Origin: Candidatus Pacearchaeota archaeon
GTDB lineage: Archaea; Nanobdellota; Nanobdellia; Pacearchaeales; GW2011-AR1
Assembly (NCBI GenBank): GCA_018303995.1
Contig: JAGVXB010000029.1
Span: 1 to 39,191, forward strand
DNA: 39,191 bases
Direction of reading: 5' to 3'
Made by a program: the position numbers and the translations under genes. The notes under the pieces are model-generated. The model had not been told where the DNA came from and ran no database searches. It worked only from the letters and a program-made list of their open reading frames with translations. Each line of letters starts with the position of its first letter. Within the stretch, counting starts at the first letter, position 1. Below are positions 1 through 7,970 of this stretch, one piece after another.

Positions 1-507
1 CGGATGTTTTAGACCCAATAATTGTGGTTGCGACTTGGACCGCTGGGATTACCGCGGCGACTGGCACCAGTCTTGCCCGGTCCTTATTCGTAACACTATC
101 TACATGTCACAAAAGATTTTCAATTATAGAAAATCACTCTGGCTCGCTCTGTCATACTTTCGTACATTGCAGAAAATACTCGACTGCTGCACCCCGTAGG
201 GCTGGGAGTAGTGTCTCAGACTCCCTCTCCGGGCCCCTTCGCTAAAAGCCCGTATGGATCATCGGCTTGGTGGGCCTTTACCCCGCCAACAACCTAATCC
301 ACCGCAGACCCAGTCTATTGCAAATTTTGAGCGCCAACACATTCCAGTAGTCGGCGCCTATCCATTCTTAATCTCAGTTTCCCGAGGGTATCATGGGCAA
401 TAGGGCAGGTTATCTACGTGTTACTGAGCAGTTCGCCTCCTTTCGGAAGACTTGCATGTCTAAGTCAAACCAGATAGCCGCAACCGCCAGCGGGATCAAC
501 TGGATTT
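1..507 (-). rRNA. rrs: 16S rRNA gene, 5' portion (truncated by window start)
   Basis: Reverse complement begins ATCCAGTTGATCCCGCTGGCGG (archaeal 16S 5' end). It contains ACATGCAAGTC, CTCAGTAACACGT, CCTACGGGGTGCAGCAG and GTGCCAGTCGCCGCGGTAA, and GC is higher than in the flanks. The 5' end is accurate to a few nt. Confidence 0.98.
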
Positions 508-800
508 TTATGTAAATTTTTTTAAGAATTACACTAAATCAGATTGATCTCCTATGCATCTGGCAAGATTGCATTTATGATTATTACTTGTCTTTCTTAA
601 CCCTAAAAACTTTGAGTAGTTTTTTGGGCACTCAAAGTGTTCTATCAAGATACACTTTGATGTTAGAAAGTTAATTCGCACTCGCTCCAAAAAATAAAGA
701 ATATTTTTTGAGTCAAAAAATACTATTATAGTTTCTTTGACTCCTAGAACCTTCTTTTCTAAAGAAAGTTGTAGGAAAATAGTAAGACACTCACAACGTG
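508..800 (-). other. Pre-16S rRNA leader with multiple stem-loops
   Basis: Non-coding. Inverted repeats at 601-611/618-628, 632-640/652-660, 688-696/702-710 and 710-717/736-743. Confidence 0.7.
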
Positions 801-832
801 TTCCATCGTAATATTTAATCTGCTTAAAGATA

Positions 833-845
833 GTATTTAAACATT
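833..845 (-). promoter_or_regulatory. Candidate TATA box for the rRNA transcript
   Basis: GTTTAAATA on the minus strand, just upstream of the structured leader. The start site cannot be verified. Confidence 0.4.
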
Positions 846-940
846 ACGTCCTAATCAGTAATGTTTATTTTTGAAAGTTCAGACGGCATTTTAATGTTTT
901 AGGTTTCATGAATTAAATAAGAACCTCTTTACTAATTAAA

Positions 941-1264
941 CTAAATAGGATATCCCAAATCTGAAGCAGCCTTTTCTAAATCTCTCTCAGAAGTGGCTTG
1001 AGACAATTTCATTCCTTCAACAATATCTACAAGTCTTGACTTAGGTATCCAATATTTCGTATCACTATCTCTTGCCGGTTTAACTTCAAGTTTGTCAAGA
1101 TCAACATAAAATAATTTTCCCTTTACATATTCCCTTATTTTATTACCGAACGAAAGAGAACTAGCTTTAGGCACGCCCAAATGCCTTAACATATCTGCTA
1201 ACTGATTAGGAGTATAAACTATTTCCCCAATTCTTGCTGCAATTTGATTTTCTATGCTTACCAT
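941..1264 (-). CDS. Hypothetical protein, possible Xis/MerR-like winged-HTH; paralog of 25248-25487
   Basis: 107-aa ORF with TTTAAAAA about 22 nt upstream. Shares motifs T..L..L..hGxP, RE..KG.L.YV and K..I..SRL with the ORF at 25248. Confidence 0.7.
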   Translation of the reverse strand: MVSIENQIAARIGEIVYTPNQLADMLRHLGVPKASSLSFGNKIREYVKGKLFYVDLDKLEVKPARDSDTKYWIPKSRLVDIVEGMKLSQATSERDLEKAASDLGYPI

Positions 1265-1312
1265 ATTTCAACCTTAAATAACTCCTTTTTAAAGGTTTCG
1301 CGAAATAGAAAA

Positions 1313-2104
1313 TTAAATAATTTCAATAGTCTTGACAGGTTCAAATTCGCGAGCAAGCATTTCACAAGTAGGATTGTAAATTAAAGAATCATAAGTTATT
1401 TCAGGAGATATTGGATTAAACTCTTTAGTCGGAATTTCATAAATTTCAATTTTTGTATTCTTCAAAACGCTTGATTTAGTTCCTCTTATACTCAAATAAG
1501 AATCCTTCAACGAGATATAATAACTTAATTTTTCACCAGATTTAACTTCTATTGGTTGTTGATTATATCCATACCAAGAAGATCCATAACCATAATAATT
1601 TTGAGGATAAATTTCATTAGTGATCCCAATACTAGGTTCATAATATCTTTGAGGCACGGGTTGATTTAAACCATCTAAAGAATTGTTAAAAATAGGTTCA
1701 TAGATTGTGTAGGTTGGCCACAATGCCAAAACCCAATTATTACCTCCAAATCCCAAATTAGTAGAAGTAGCCGTCAAATCAGCACATGCAATAAGACGAG
1801 GAATCTCAACAACACGAGACAAAACCCCTTTATTTTCAAAGGTCATTTTTCCAAGAATAGTAGAAACATATTGAATATTTTGTTCAGACATATTAGATAA
1901 ACTACCATTTCCAACTGCTTGCAAACCTCCAAAATTTTGCATTACGGGATATGATTGAGAAAGCGTAACATAAACTTCCGAAGTCGGAATACTCTCTTTC
2001 AACTCCAAACTATACTCATAATCTTGAACGTTGTAAAAAATTACAGTACCAAAACCAACAAGTAATGCAATAATTAAAACACCAATAAGAATTATATTTT
2101 TCAT
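1313..2104 (-). CDS. Membrane-anchored extracellular hypothetical protein
   Basis: N-terminal hydrophobic helix, several N-x-S/T sequons and a Tyr/Gly-rich loop. Last gene of a tightly packed run. Confidence 0.8.
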   Translation of the reverse strand: MKNIILIGVLIIALLVGFGTVIFYNVQDYEYSLELKESIPTSEVYVTLSQSYPVMQNFGGLQAVGNGSLSNMSEQNIQYVSTILGKMTFENKGVLSRVVEIPRLIACADLTATSTNLGFGGNNWVLALWPTYTIYEPIFNNSLDGLNQPVPQRYYEPSIGITNEIYPQNYYGYGSSWYGYNQQPIEVKSGEKLSYYISLKDSYLSIRGTKSSVLKNTKIEIYEIPTKEFNPISPEITYDSLIYNPTCEMLAREFEPVKTIEII

Positions 2105-2106
2105 GA

Positions 2107-2379
2107 CTACTTCCTCGAGTCAGCACCAAATATCTTTGAGAAATACCATCCAACTAACATAAATAATATAGCAGAAATAACAAGAACAATCAAAATACCA
2201 CCCTTGCTCAAATCATACACATCTATAAAAAATCCTGCCGTGAAAACATACAAAGAAATAGAAATCAAATAAAATATTGGATAAAATTTTCTATGTGTTG
2301 CAAATATAACTATTGCAATTATCAATGAAACTATAAAAACGCTCCAACCCAAGAAAGGATACCATTCACCGTAAGCCAT
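2107..2379 (-). CDS. Small integral membrane protein (about 3 TM)
   Basis: 90 aa with three hydrophobic segments; 2 nt from the next gene. Confidence 0.8.
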   Translation of the reverse strand: MAYGEWYPFLGWSVFIVSLIIAIVIFATHRKFYPIFYLISISLYVFTAGFFIDVYDLSKGGILIVLVISAILFMLVGWYFSKIFGADSRK

Positions 2380-2555
2380 TATATGTCCGACCCCCTCATA
2401 AATTCTGCAATCACATATGAAACAACAACAGAAACAACCAATAAAATAAGTTTCACACTATTAGGGAACTGTGCAATATACTCTTTTGCAAAATACCAAA
2501 CTGAAGCAAACACAAAAATAACGCCTACAATATAAAACAAATACTGTATCTTCAT
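2379..2555 (-). CDS. Small membrane protein (58 aa, 2 TM), absent from the ORF track
   Basis: Own translation: MKIQYLFYIVGVIFVFASVWYFAKEYIAQFPNSVKLILLVVSVVVSYVIAEFMRGSDI*. The stop overlaps the next start (TAATG) and the ORF fills the gap. Confidence 0.8.
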   Translation of the reverse strand: MKIQYLFYIVGVIFVFASVWYFAKEYIAQFPNSVKLILLVVSVVVSYVIAEFMRGSDI

Positions 2556-2577
2556 AGGTCCTAAAGGTTTTTGCTCT

Positions 2578-2787
2578 TTATGAAAATAGCCTTACAAGCC
2601 CTAAGATAATCATCGCCACAATTGCAATTGGAATTAACCCTAACAATCTCCACACACCACCTCCATAGCCACTAATCATATAAAATAACGAATAAAAAGA
2701 TAGCGGTCCAAATATTAACAAACCTATAATTGAAAGCACGACCCACAACCACTTCAAAGAACTCCTTTCTTCAGCCATCCAAAACAT
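2578..2787 (-). CDS. Small membrane protein (2 TM)
   Basis: Two hydrophobic helices linked by GYGGG. Start may be ATG 2778; TTTATATA upstream. Confidence 0.75.
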   Translation of the reverse strand: MFWMAEERSSLKWLWVVLSIIGLLIFGPLSFYSLFYMISGYGGGVWRLLGLIPIAIVAMIILGLVRLFS

Positions 2788-2867
2788 AAGTTAATCCCAT
2801 ATATAAAATTAATCTAAATCTCAAATAATCTTAAGGTTTAAAAAGCATATTCTTTTATCATCACTCC

Positions 2868-3101
2868 ATGAATTTTGAAATGCGAGGAAAGTATAGGGAT
2901 GCACTAAAAGTCTACAGAGAAGTCAAAGCAGCTACAGATCATTTAGAAAGCGATCATTTTCATACATCTCCAGAAGAGGATAGAATAAAAATTTTAGCCC
3001 AATACTCTTCCAAGTTCCATGTTTGGAGGGGCCAAATTCCAGAAGAATTACATCCAAGATTTCATTGTCTCAACAGATTGCAGATGTATGTTAGCGATTA
3101 A
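2868..3101 (+). CDS. Hypothetical protein
   Basis: 77-aa ATG ORF with TTTAAAAA about 24 nt upstream. Confidence 0.65.
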   Translation: MNFEMRGKYRDALKVYREVKAATDHLESDHFHTSPEEDRIKILAQYSSKFHVWRGQIPEELHPRFHCLNRLQMYVSD

Positions 3102-3149
3102 TTTAACTCATTAAGATAAATTTAAAAGCAGATATTTTTGACAGTTACT

Positions 3150-3866
3150 ATGGATTTAGAAGATAGATTACAATCTTTAATGAAATTAGTAGACTCAAAG
3201 ACTGCAGACTATTTTATGTTTGACACTTCAGAACTTGGAAGATATTTTTTAGGGGGCTATCAACTTAATTTAGATTTTTTTCTATCTCATCCAGATTCAG
3301 AAAAAACACATTTTAGTATAAGAACTGCATTGGATAACGCCCAAGTATGTTTTGAATTTTTAAGAAACCGCAAAAATACAATAGCTCCTCCTGCAGTAAT
3401 CGGAGAATCACAAGGAAAAATAATTGCCTTAAAGCGTTTTGCCAATCAATATGAACTCCTAGATAAATTAATTAAAAAAGAAGAACAAATAATAGATTTA
3501 TTAACTTCAAGAATAGAAAAAGTTCCTAGCCCGAATGTATTGCATTCATACAAAGGTTTTGTTATAGATGCCGCTAGACAAGGGGATGGAAATTTAGTCG
3601 ATGAAACAATAGTTGCCGAAGCAATGTACAAAGCATTTCTAAATGAACAACGCATAGCCATTGTAACCAAAGATAGGAGGTTTAAAGATATTCTCATAAA
3701 AACTCAAAATTCACTTGCCCTCTATGGTAAAGAATGTAGGGATTTATTAGACTTTTTACAAAGAGGAAATTTATCCATAATTTTAGGAGAAAGATATAAG
3801 GGTTTTTATGTGGATTACAACTCAAGAGAGTTCAACCCATCATATATGCAAGTAAAGCCATCCTGA
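3150..3866 (+). CDS. PIN-domain-like protein
   Basis: Motifs YFMFDTS, VDETIVAEA and IAIVTKDRRF match the PIN acidic motif layout. Start moved to ATG 3150 (TTTAAAAG upstream). Confidence 0.65.
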   Translation: MDLEDRLQSLMKLVDSKTADYFMFDTSELGRYFLGGYQLNLDFFLSHPDSEKTHFSIRTALDNAQVCFEFLRNRKNTIAPPAVIGESQGKIIALKRFANQYELLDKLIKKEEQIIDLLTSRIEKVPSPNVLHSYKGFVIDAARQGDGNLVDETIVAEAMYKAFLNEQRIAIVTKDRRFKDILIKTQNSLALYGKECRDLLDFLQRGNLSIILGERYKGFYVDYNSREFNPSYMQVKPS

Positions 3867-4749
3867 CATAAAGCCCATTTTCGGCTTGCCTAAAATAAGC
3901 CACACGAGAATCAGTTTGTTCAATTTCAATAGGCAGTTTAATCTCATCTATCTTCGGCAAAGGATGTAAAATTCTAGCAGTTGGCTTAATTAGATTAAAA
4001 TTATTTTCTCCAATAATATATTTCCCTCTAGCATTAGTATATTCATCTAAAGTAATTCTTTCTTTTTGAATGCGAGTCATATAAACAATATCTGCTAAAG
4101 GCAAAACCTCATCAAGATTTTTTTCTTCTCTAAACTCTACTCCATGCCTGAAAAGATATTCTTTGATGTCGTCTTTCATTTTCAAATGTTCAGGTGAGAG
4201 AAAGATAATTTCGTTTCCAGGAAATTTTCCTAACAAATAACACAAAGAGCGAGCCGTTCTACCAGAAGCCAAGTCTCCAACAATTGCAATCTTTAATCCA
4301 TCCAATCTTCCCATTTCTTTGTATATCGTATACAAATCCAATAATGCTTGAGTAGGGTGTTGTCCTTTTCCGTCTCCAGCATTAATAACTGGGACTCTGC
4401 TCAAAGTAGAAGCAAGTTTAGCCATCCCTTCATCATAATGTCTAATTACAATAGCATCTGTGTAAGCAGAAACAATCCTAACCGTGTCTTCCATAGTTTC
4501 GCCTTTAACTGCAGAAGAAAACTCTTTGGCATTTTCAGTAGTAATAACGCTTCCGCCAAGTTTTAACATAGCCGCTTCAAAACTCAAACGCGTTCTCGTA
4601 CTTGGCTCATAAAATAAAGTCGCAAGTACTTTTCCATTTAGCAGTTGTCCATAATTTTTATTTTTGCGAAATTCGTCCGCTTTGGAAAAAATATCAAAAA
4701 TAATCTCCTTATCAAGTTGCTGTGACTCTACAAAATGTGCAAGCACCAT
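3832..4749 (-). CDS. pyrB: Aspartate carbamoyltransferase catalytic subunit
   Basis: Motifs FYEPSTRTRLSF, KGETMEDT, NAGDG.GQHPTQ, YMTRIQKER, HPLP and YFRQAENG. Start set at ATG 4749. Confidence 0.97.
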   Translation of the reverse strand: MVLAHFVESQQLDKEIIFDIFSKADEFRKNKNYGQLLNGKVLATLFYEPSTRTRLSFEAAMLKLGGSVITTENAKEFSSAVKGETMEDTVRIVSAYTDAIVIRHYDEGMAKLASTLSRVPVINAGDGKGQHPTQALLDLYTIYKEMGRLDGLKIAIVGDLASGRTARSLCYLLGKFPGNEIIFLSPEHLKMKDDIKEYLFRHGVEFREEKNLDEVLPLADIVYMTRIQKERITLDEYTNARGKYIIGENNFNLIKPTARILHPLPKIDEIKLPIEIEQTDSRVAYFRQAENGLYVRMALLAYMMG

Positions 4750-4794
4750 CAAAATAATAAATGCAAACAAGGCTATAAAAAGATAGTTGTGATT

Positions 4795-5307
4795 TCAGGA
4801 CTGTAATAATCTCTCTACTAAATCTACAAATATTTGTTTTGCCCCACCACTAATTTCTATTTCACCATTTCTGCGCACATACATTCTTGCATATGGGTTT
4901 CTTGCTAGAGGGTCAAATCCATCAGGATAATGCAAAGCACTGAAATCAGCAACCCTGTAACCGCCCCTTTCAAATTCTTGGACAAGAGGTAGAACTTTAT
5001 CATCTACCCTGCCAAATCTTACAGTATGAAATCTTACAGGCCTAGAAAAAGCAACTACTGAACTTGCTCCCTTATACAATGGAAAAGCTTCTATTTTGTC
5101 AGGTTCCGGAGCACAATTTAACAAATAAGGAACTACAGAATATTCTCGTAATCTTTGCGCAAAATCTGGAATAGACGAATCCAAAGGCAAACCTTCTATA
5201 TCAGGATGTAATATCATAAAAGAAATTTCAGTATTTTGTGTTGGGATTGAAAAAAGAATTTTGCTTGGAAGATGAAAATCTGCATAATTTAAAACAGTAT
5301 CGGCCAT
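4795..5307 (-). CDS. Hypothetical protein
   Basis: 170-aa ATG ORF with an upstream TATA; no recognised motif. Confidence 0.75.
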   Translation of the reverse strand: MADTVLNYADFHLPSKILFSIPTQNTEISFMILHPDIEGLPLDSSIPDFAQRLREYSVVPYLLNCAPEPDKIEAFPLYKGASSVVAFSRPVRFHTVRFGRVDDKVLPLVQEFERGGYRVADFSALHYPDGFDPLARNPYARMYVRRNGEIEISGGAKQIFVDLVERLLQS

Positions 5308-5360
5308 AAGAAACTCTTTAATTTTATATATATAAAGATTATAGCAATTAAATATCTATT

Positions 5361-6347
5361 TTACTTCGGAGGAATCAAATTTTCCCAGTCGTCAATAAAC
5401 TTGTCTATTGTTGGAAGGGCAACATCTAATTTTCGATGTTCAATATAAAGTTTAGCAAGTAAATACATAATCATTCCAAGACTCTTAGCCGATTTATTAT
5501 TTCCAGCTACAATCTGATCAATTCCGAAAGCATAATTATTACTATCGCAAATACTCATAACAGGAATACCTACGCGATTAGCATCCATCAATGCATTTTT
5601 GTCCAACCAAGGATCGCAAATAAATACTAACTTGCACTCAAAAAAATCGCTCAAATTTGTATTTGTAAGTATTCCAGCAGGATATTTCTTCATAAAAGAA
5701 CGAATGCCCAGAAGATCAGAGAACAATTTGACTGCTCTCCAGCCTGCCTCTCTTTTACAGACAATAATTATATCTTCAGGCGCAAATTTTGAAAGAAATG
5801 CTCCTGCCTCTCTCATCTTAGTATCAAGCATTGCCGTGTTGAATACTGCAAGACCATCAGCGCGTCTTTTGTAAATATACTTGCGCATGTTAGGAGTAAT
5901 GACTCTAGGACCTAGATGCATAGAAGCCTTCAGATAATCTTCAATTGGAACAAGAGTATTTGTCGGCTCAGATTTTTCACCAGTAACTTTTTCCTTAATA
6001 TCTATCTTTTCTATATCTTTGAATTTTCCTTCGATTGCCTTAAGCTTTGCCTTCATTGCTTCAGACATTTCTTTTTTAGGCTTAGCTTTCTTTTCAACTT
6101 CATCGGCTTGAGTTTCAGCAGAATCAGATTCTTTTTCTTCTTTTTTCTTAGTGGTTTTTTTCTTAGCTTTTCTTTCTTTCTCGCCGTCATCGTCATCAGC
6201 AACAGATTCAATTGCTTTCTCAATACCTTCAGCAGCGCTTTCAACAACGTGTTCAACAGCCTCGCCAATTTCCTCAACTACATGCTCGGCAGCATGAGCT
6301 ACTTTTTCAATAATAGATTCTTCTTTCTTCTTTGTGGTTTTTACCAT
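5361..6347 (-). CDS. rps2: 30S ribosomal protein uS2 with long charged N-terminal extension
   Basis: C-terminal about 195 aa: LVPIEDYLKASMHLG, YIYKRRADGL, PAGILTN, IPVMSICDSNN and GNNKSAKSLG. Confidence 0.95.
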   Translation of the reverse strand: MVKTTKKKEESIIEKVAHAAEHVVEEIGEAVEHVVESAAEGIEKAIESVADDDDGEKERKAKKKTTKKKEEKESDSAETQADEVEKKAKPKKEMSEAMKAKLKAIEGKFKDIEKIDIKEKVTGEKSEPTNTLVPIEDYLKASMHLGPRVITPNMRKYIYKRRADGLAVFNTAMLDTKMREAGAFLSKFAPEDIIIVCKREAGWRAVKLFSDLLGIRSFMKKYPAGILTNTNLSDFFECKLVFICDPWLDKNALMDANRVGIPVMSICDSNNYAFGIDQIVAGNNKSAKSLGMIMYLLAKLYIEHRKLDVALPTIDKFIDDWENLIPPK

Positions 6348-6493
6348 AATATTATATAAACAGCGCAGGGGTTTAGTCCAAGTTGTTTCAGTTGGTACCT
6401 GCTAAGTTCTTATTCTTCCTTAATTTAGAGGGTTTTTAAATATGATGTTCACAGCTAATAACAATTTTAAAGTGCTCTAGCCTGTCTTGTTAC

Positions 6494-7033
6494 ATGCAAG
6501 ATACTAAAAGAAAAGTCTTATTGATATTTGGTCCAGGGGGTAGTGGAAAAACAAGCATTGCCAAGAGAATAGCAAAAAACAAGAAATGGATGCGCATAAC
6601 AGAGGATGAATTTTGGGCAAAAATTAAGAAAAATCATCCACCTGGAGAAGGTAGAACTCCCGAAGAACAAAAAATAGCGCAATATTTAGCTATAAAAAAG
6701 ATAATAAAAACTCTTTCAACAGGAAAGAATGTAGTATTTGAGTTTATAATATATGAAAATCCTCCTAAACCATTAATAGTTTATCTAAAAAATCTTAAAA
6801 AACAAGAAGCGGAAATATTTGTTAGAGCATTAAAACCTTCAATAAAATCAATACTCTCAAGGCATAAAATTAGAGGACGTCATGAAGATAAAAACCTAAA
6901 ATTGGCCATTTTTAACACAAAACTCCAATTTAAATGCTTGAATTCAAAATATATAAAGAAAGATTGGATAATTGATAATTCAAACGAGTCATTAGAAGAA
7001 ACTTACATTAAACATTTTAAGGCAATTATTTAA
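6494..7033 (+). CDS. P-loop nucleotide-kinase-like protein (AAA_33/AAA_18 type)
   Basis: Walker A GPGGSGKT, then ITEDE, GKNVVFE, an R..IRGR lid and IIDNSNESLEET. Confidence 0.8.
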   Translation: MQDTKRKVLLIFGPGGSGKTSIAKRIAKNKKWMRITEDEFWAKIKKNHPPGEGRTPEEQKIAQYLAIKKIIKTLSTGKNVVFEFIIYENPPKPLIVYLKNLKKQEAEIFVRALKPSIKSILSRHKIRGRHEDKNLKLAIFNTKLQFKCLNSKYIKKDWIIDNSNESLEETYIKHFKAII

Positions 7034-7055
7034 GCAATGATTTGTTGCACATTAA

Positions 7056-7970
7056 ATGGAATTAAATGAACTTAAGATAATATTAAGCCATGAAGAAAAA
7101 TTTAAAGATATTAATAAATGGAAATTTAAAGAAATAACGCACGGCACCGTAAGCCGTCACAAGTATATAGTTTCAAGAAAAAAAGAAAAATATTTTATAA
7201 AACAAATTAAAGATAATGAACAGTTCATATTACTTGAACTGATTAAAATTAAATCTAATCTAATTCCAAGAATATTTTATCCAAACTTGCTAAAGAAAAA
7301 TGTATTGGTTCAACAATGTGTATCAGGCAAACACCTAAAGAGCAAAAAAGCCATAGATATTAAATTAGTCAGAGAGTTTGCCAAATTTCAGAATGGATTA
7401 AACAAAGAAGAAATAATAAACAAAATAAATAAATTTTCCGGATGTAATTCTACAGTAATTGATGAAAGCGACTTCTTTAGAAAAGGAATTTATTCTAATT
7501 TTGATTATGATAAAGATTTATTTATTTTGAAAAAATTTAAACTTCCAATAGTGGATAAGTTCATAAAACTATTAAATTATATAAGAAAAGATAAAGAGAA
7601 TATTATAGATGATTTTTGTAAAATGCCCTTTGCAAGGCAACATCACGATTTTAAAGAAGATAATATAATATGCAATCCTCAAAAATTAGTTGATTGGGGT
7701 TCGTCATATGGGCACGGACCATTTTTATTTGATTTAGCTCCATTCTTAGTAAACAACGAAAAGGCATTTAATGAATTTATAAAATACTCTGATATATGTA
7801 AAAAATATTCAAAGGAGCAGATTAAAAGATGGTTATACGTTGCTTTAGTTGCAAATTTTGTATCCTTATTAAGATACAGACTTAACATTGGAGGCTATTT
7901 TAAAAATAAAAAGCAATGCAAAAAGTTCTTAGAATATGAATATAAAACTTACAAGTTCCTTCTCAAATAA
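7056..7970 (+). CDS. APH/choline-kinase-family phosphotransferase
   Basis: KYFIK (ATP-binding Lys), Brenner-type HHDFKEDNI, LVDWG and GPFLFDLA. Confidence 0.85.
   Translation: MELNELKIILSHEEKFKDINKWKFKEITHGTVSRHKYIVSRKKEKYFIKQIKDNEQFILLELIKIKSNLIPRIFYPNLLKKNVLVQQCVSGKHLKSKKAIDIKLVREFAKFQNGLNKEEIINKINKFSGCNSTVIDESDFFRKGIYSNFDYDKDLFILKKFKLPIVDKFIKLLNYIRKDKENIIDDFCKMPFARQHHDFKEDNIICNPQKLVDWGSSYGHGPFLFDLAPFLVNNEKAFNEFIKYSDICKKYSKEQIKRWLYVALVANFVSLLRYRLNIGGYFKNKKQCKKFLEYEYKTYKFLLK

Noticed and set aside
24-245. 73-aa ORF on the + strand
   Set aside because: Antisense to the 16S rRNA gene; spurious.
5599-6359. ORFs 5599-5874, 5916-6359 and 6053-6277
   Set aside because: Shadow or alternative-frame ORFs caused by the K/E-rich rps2 sequence.
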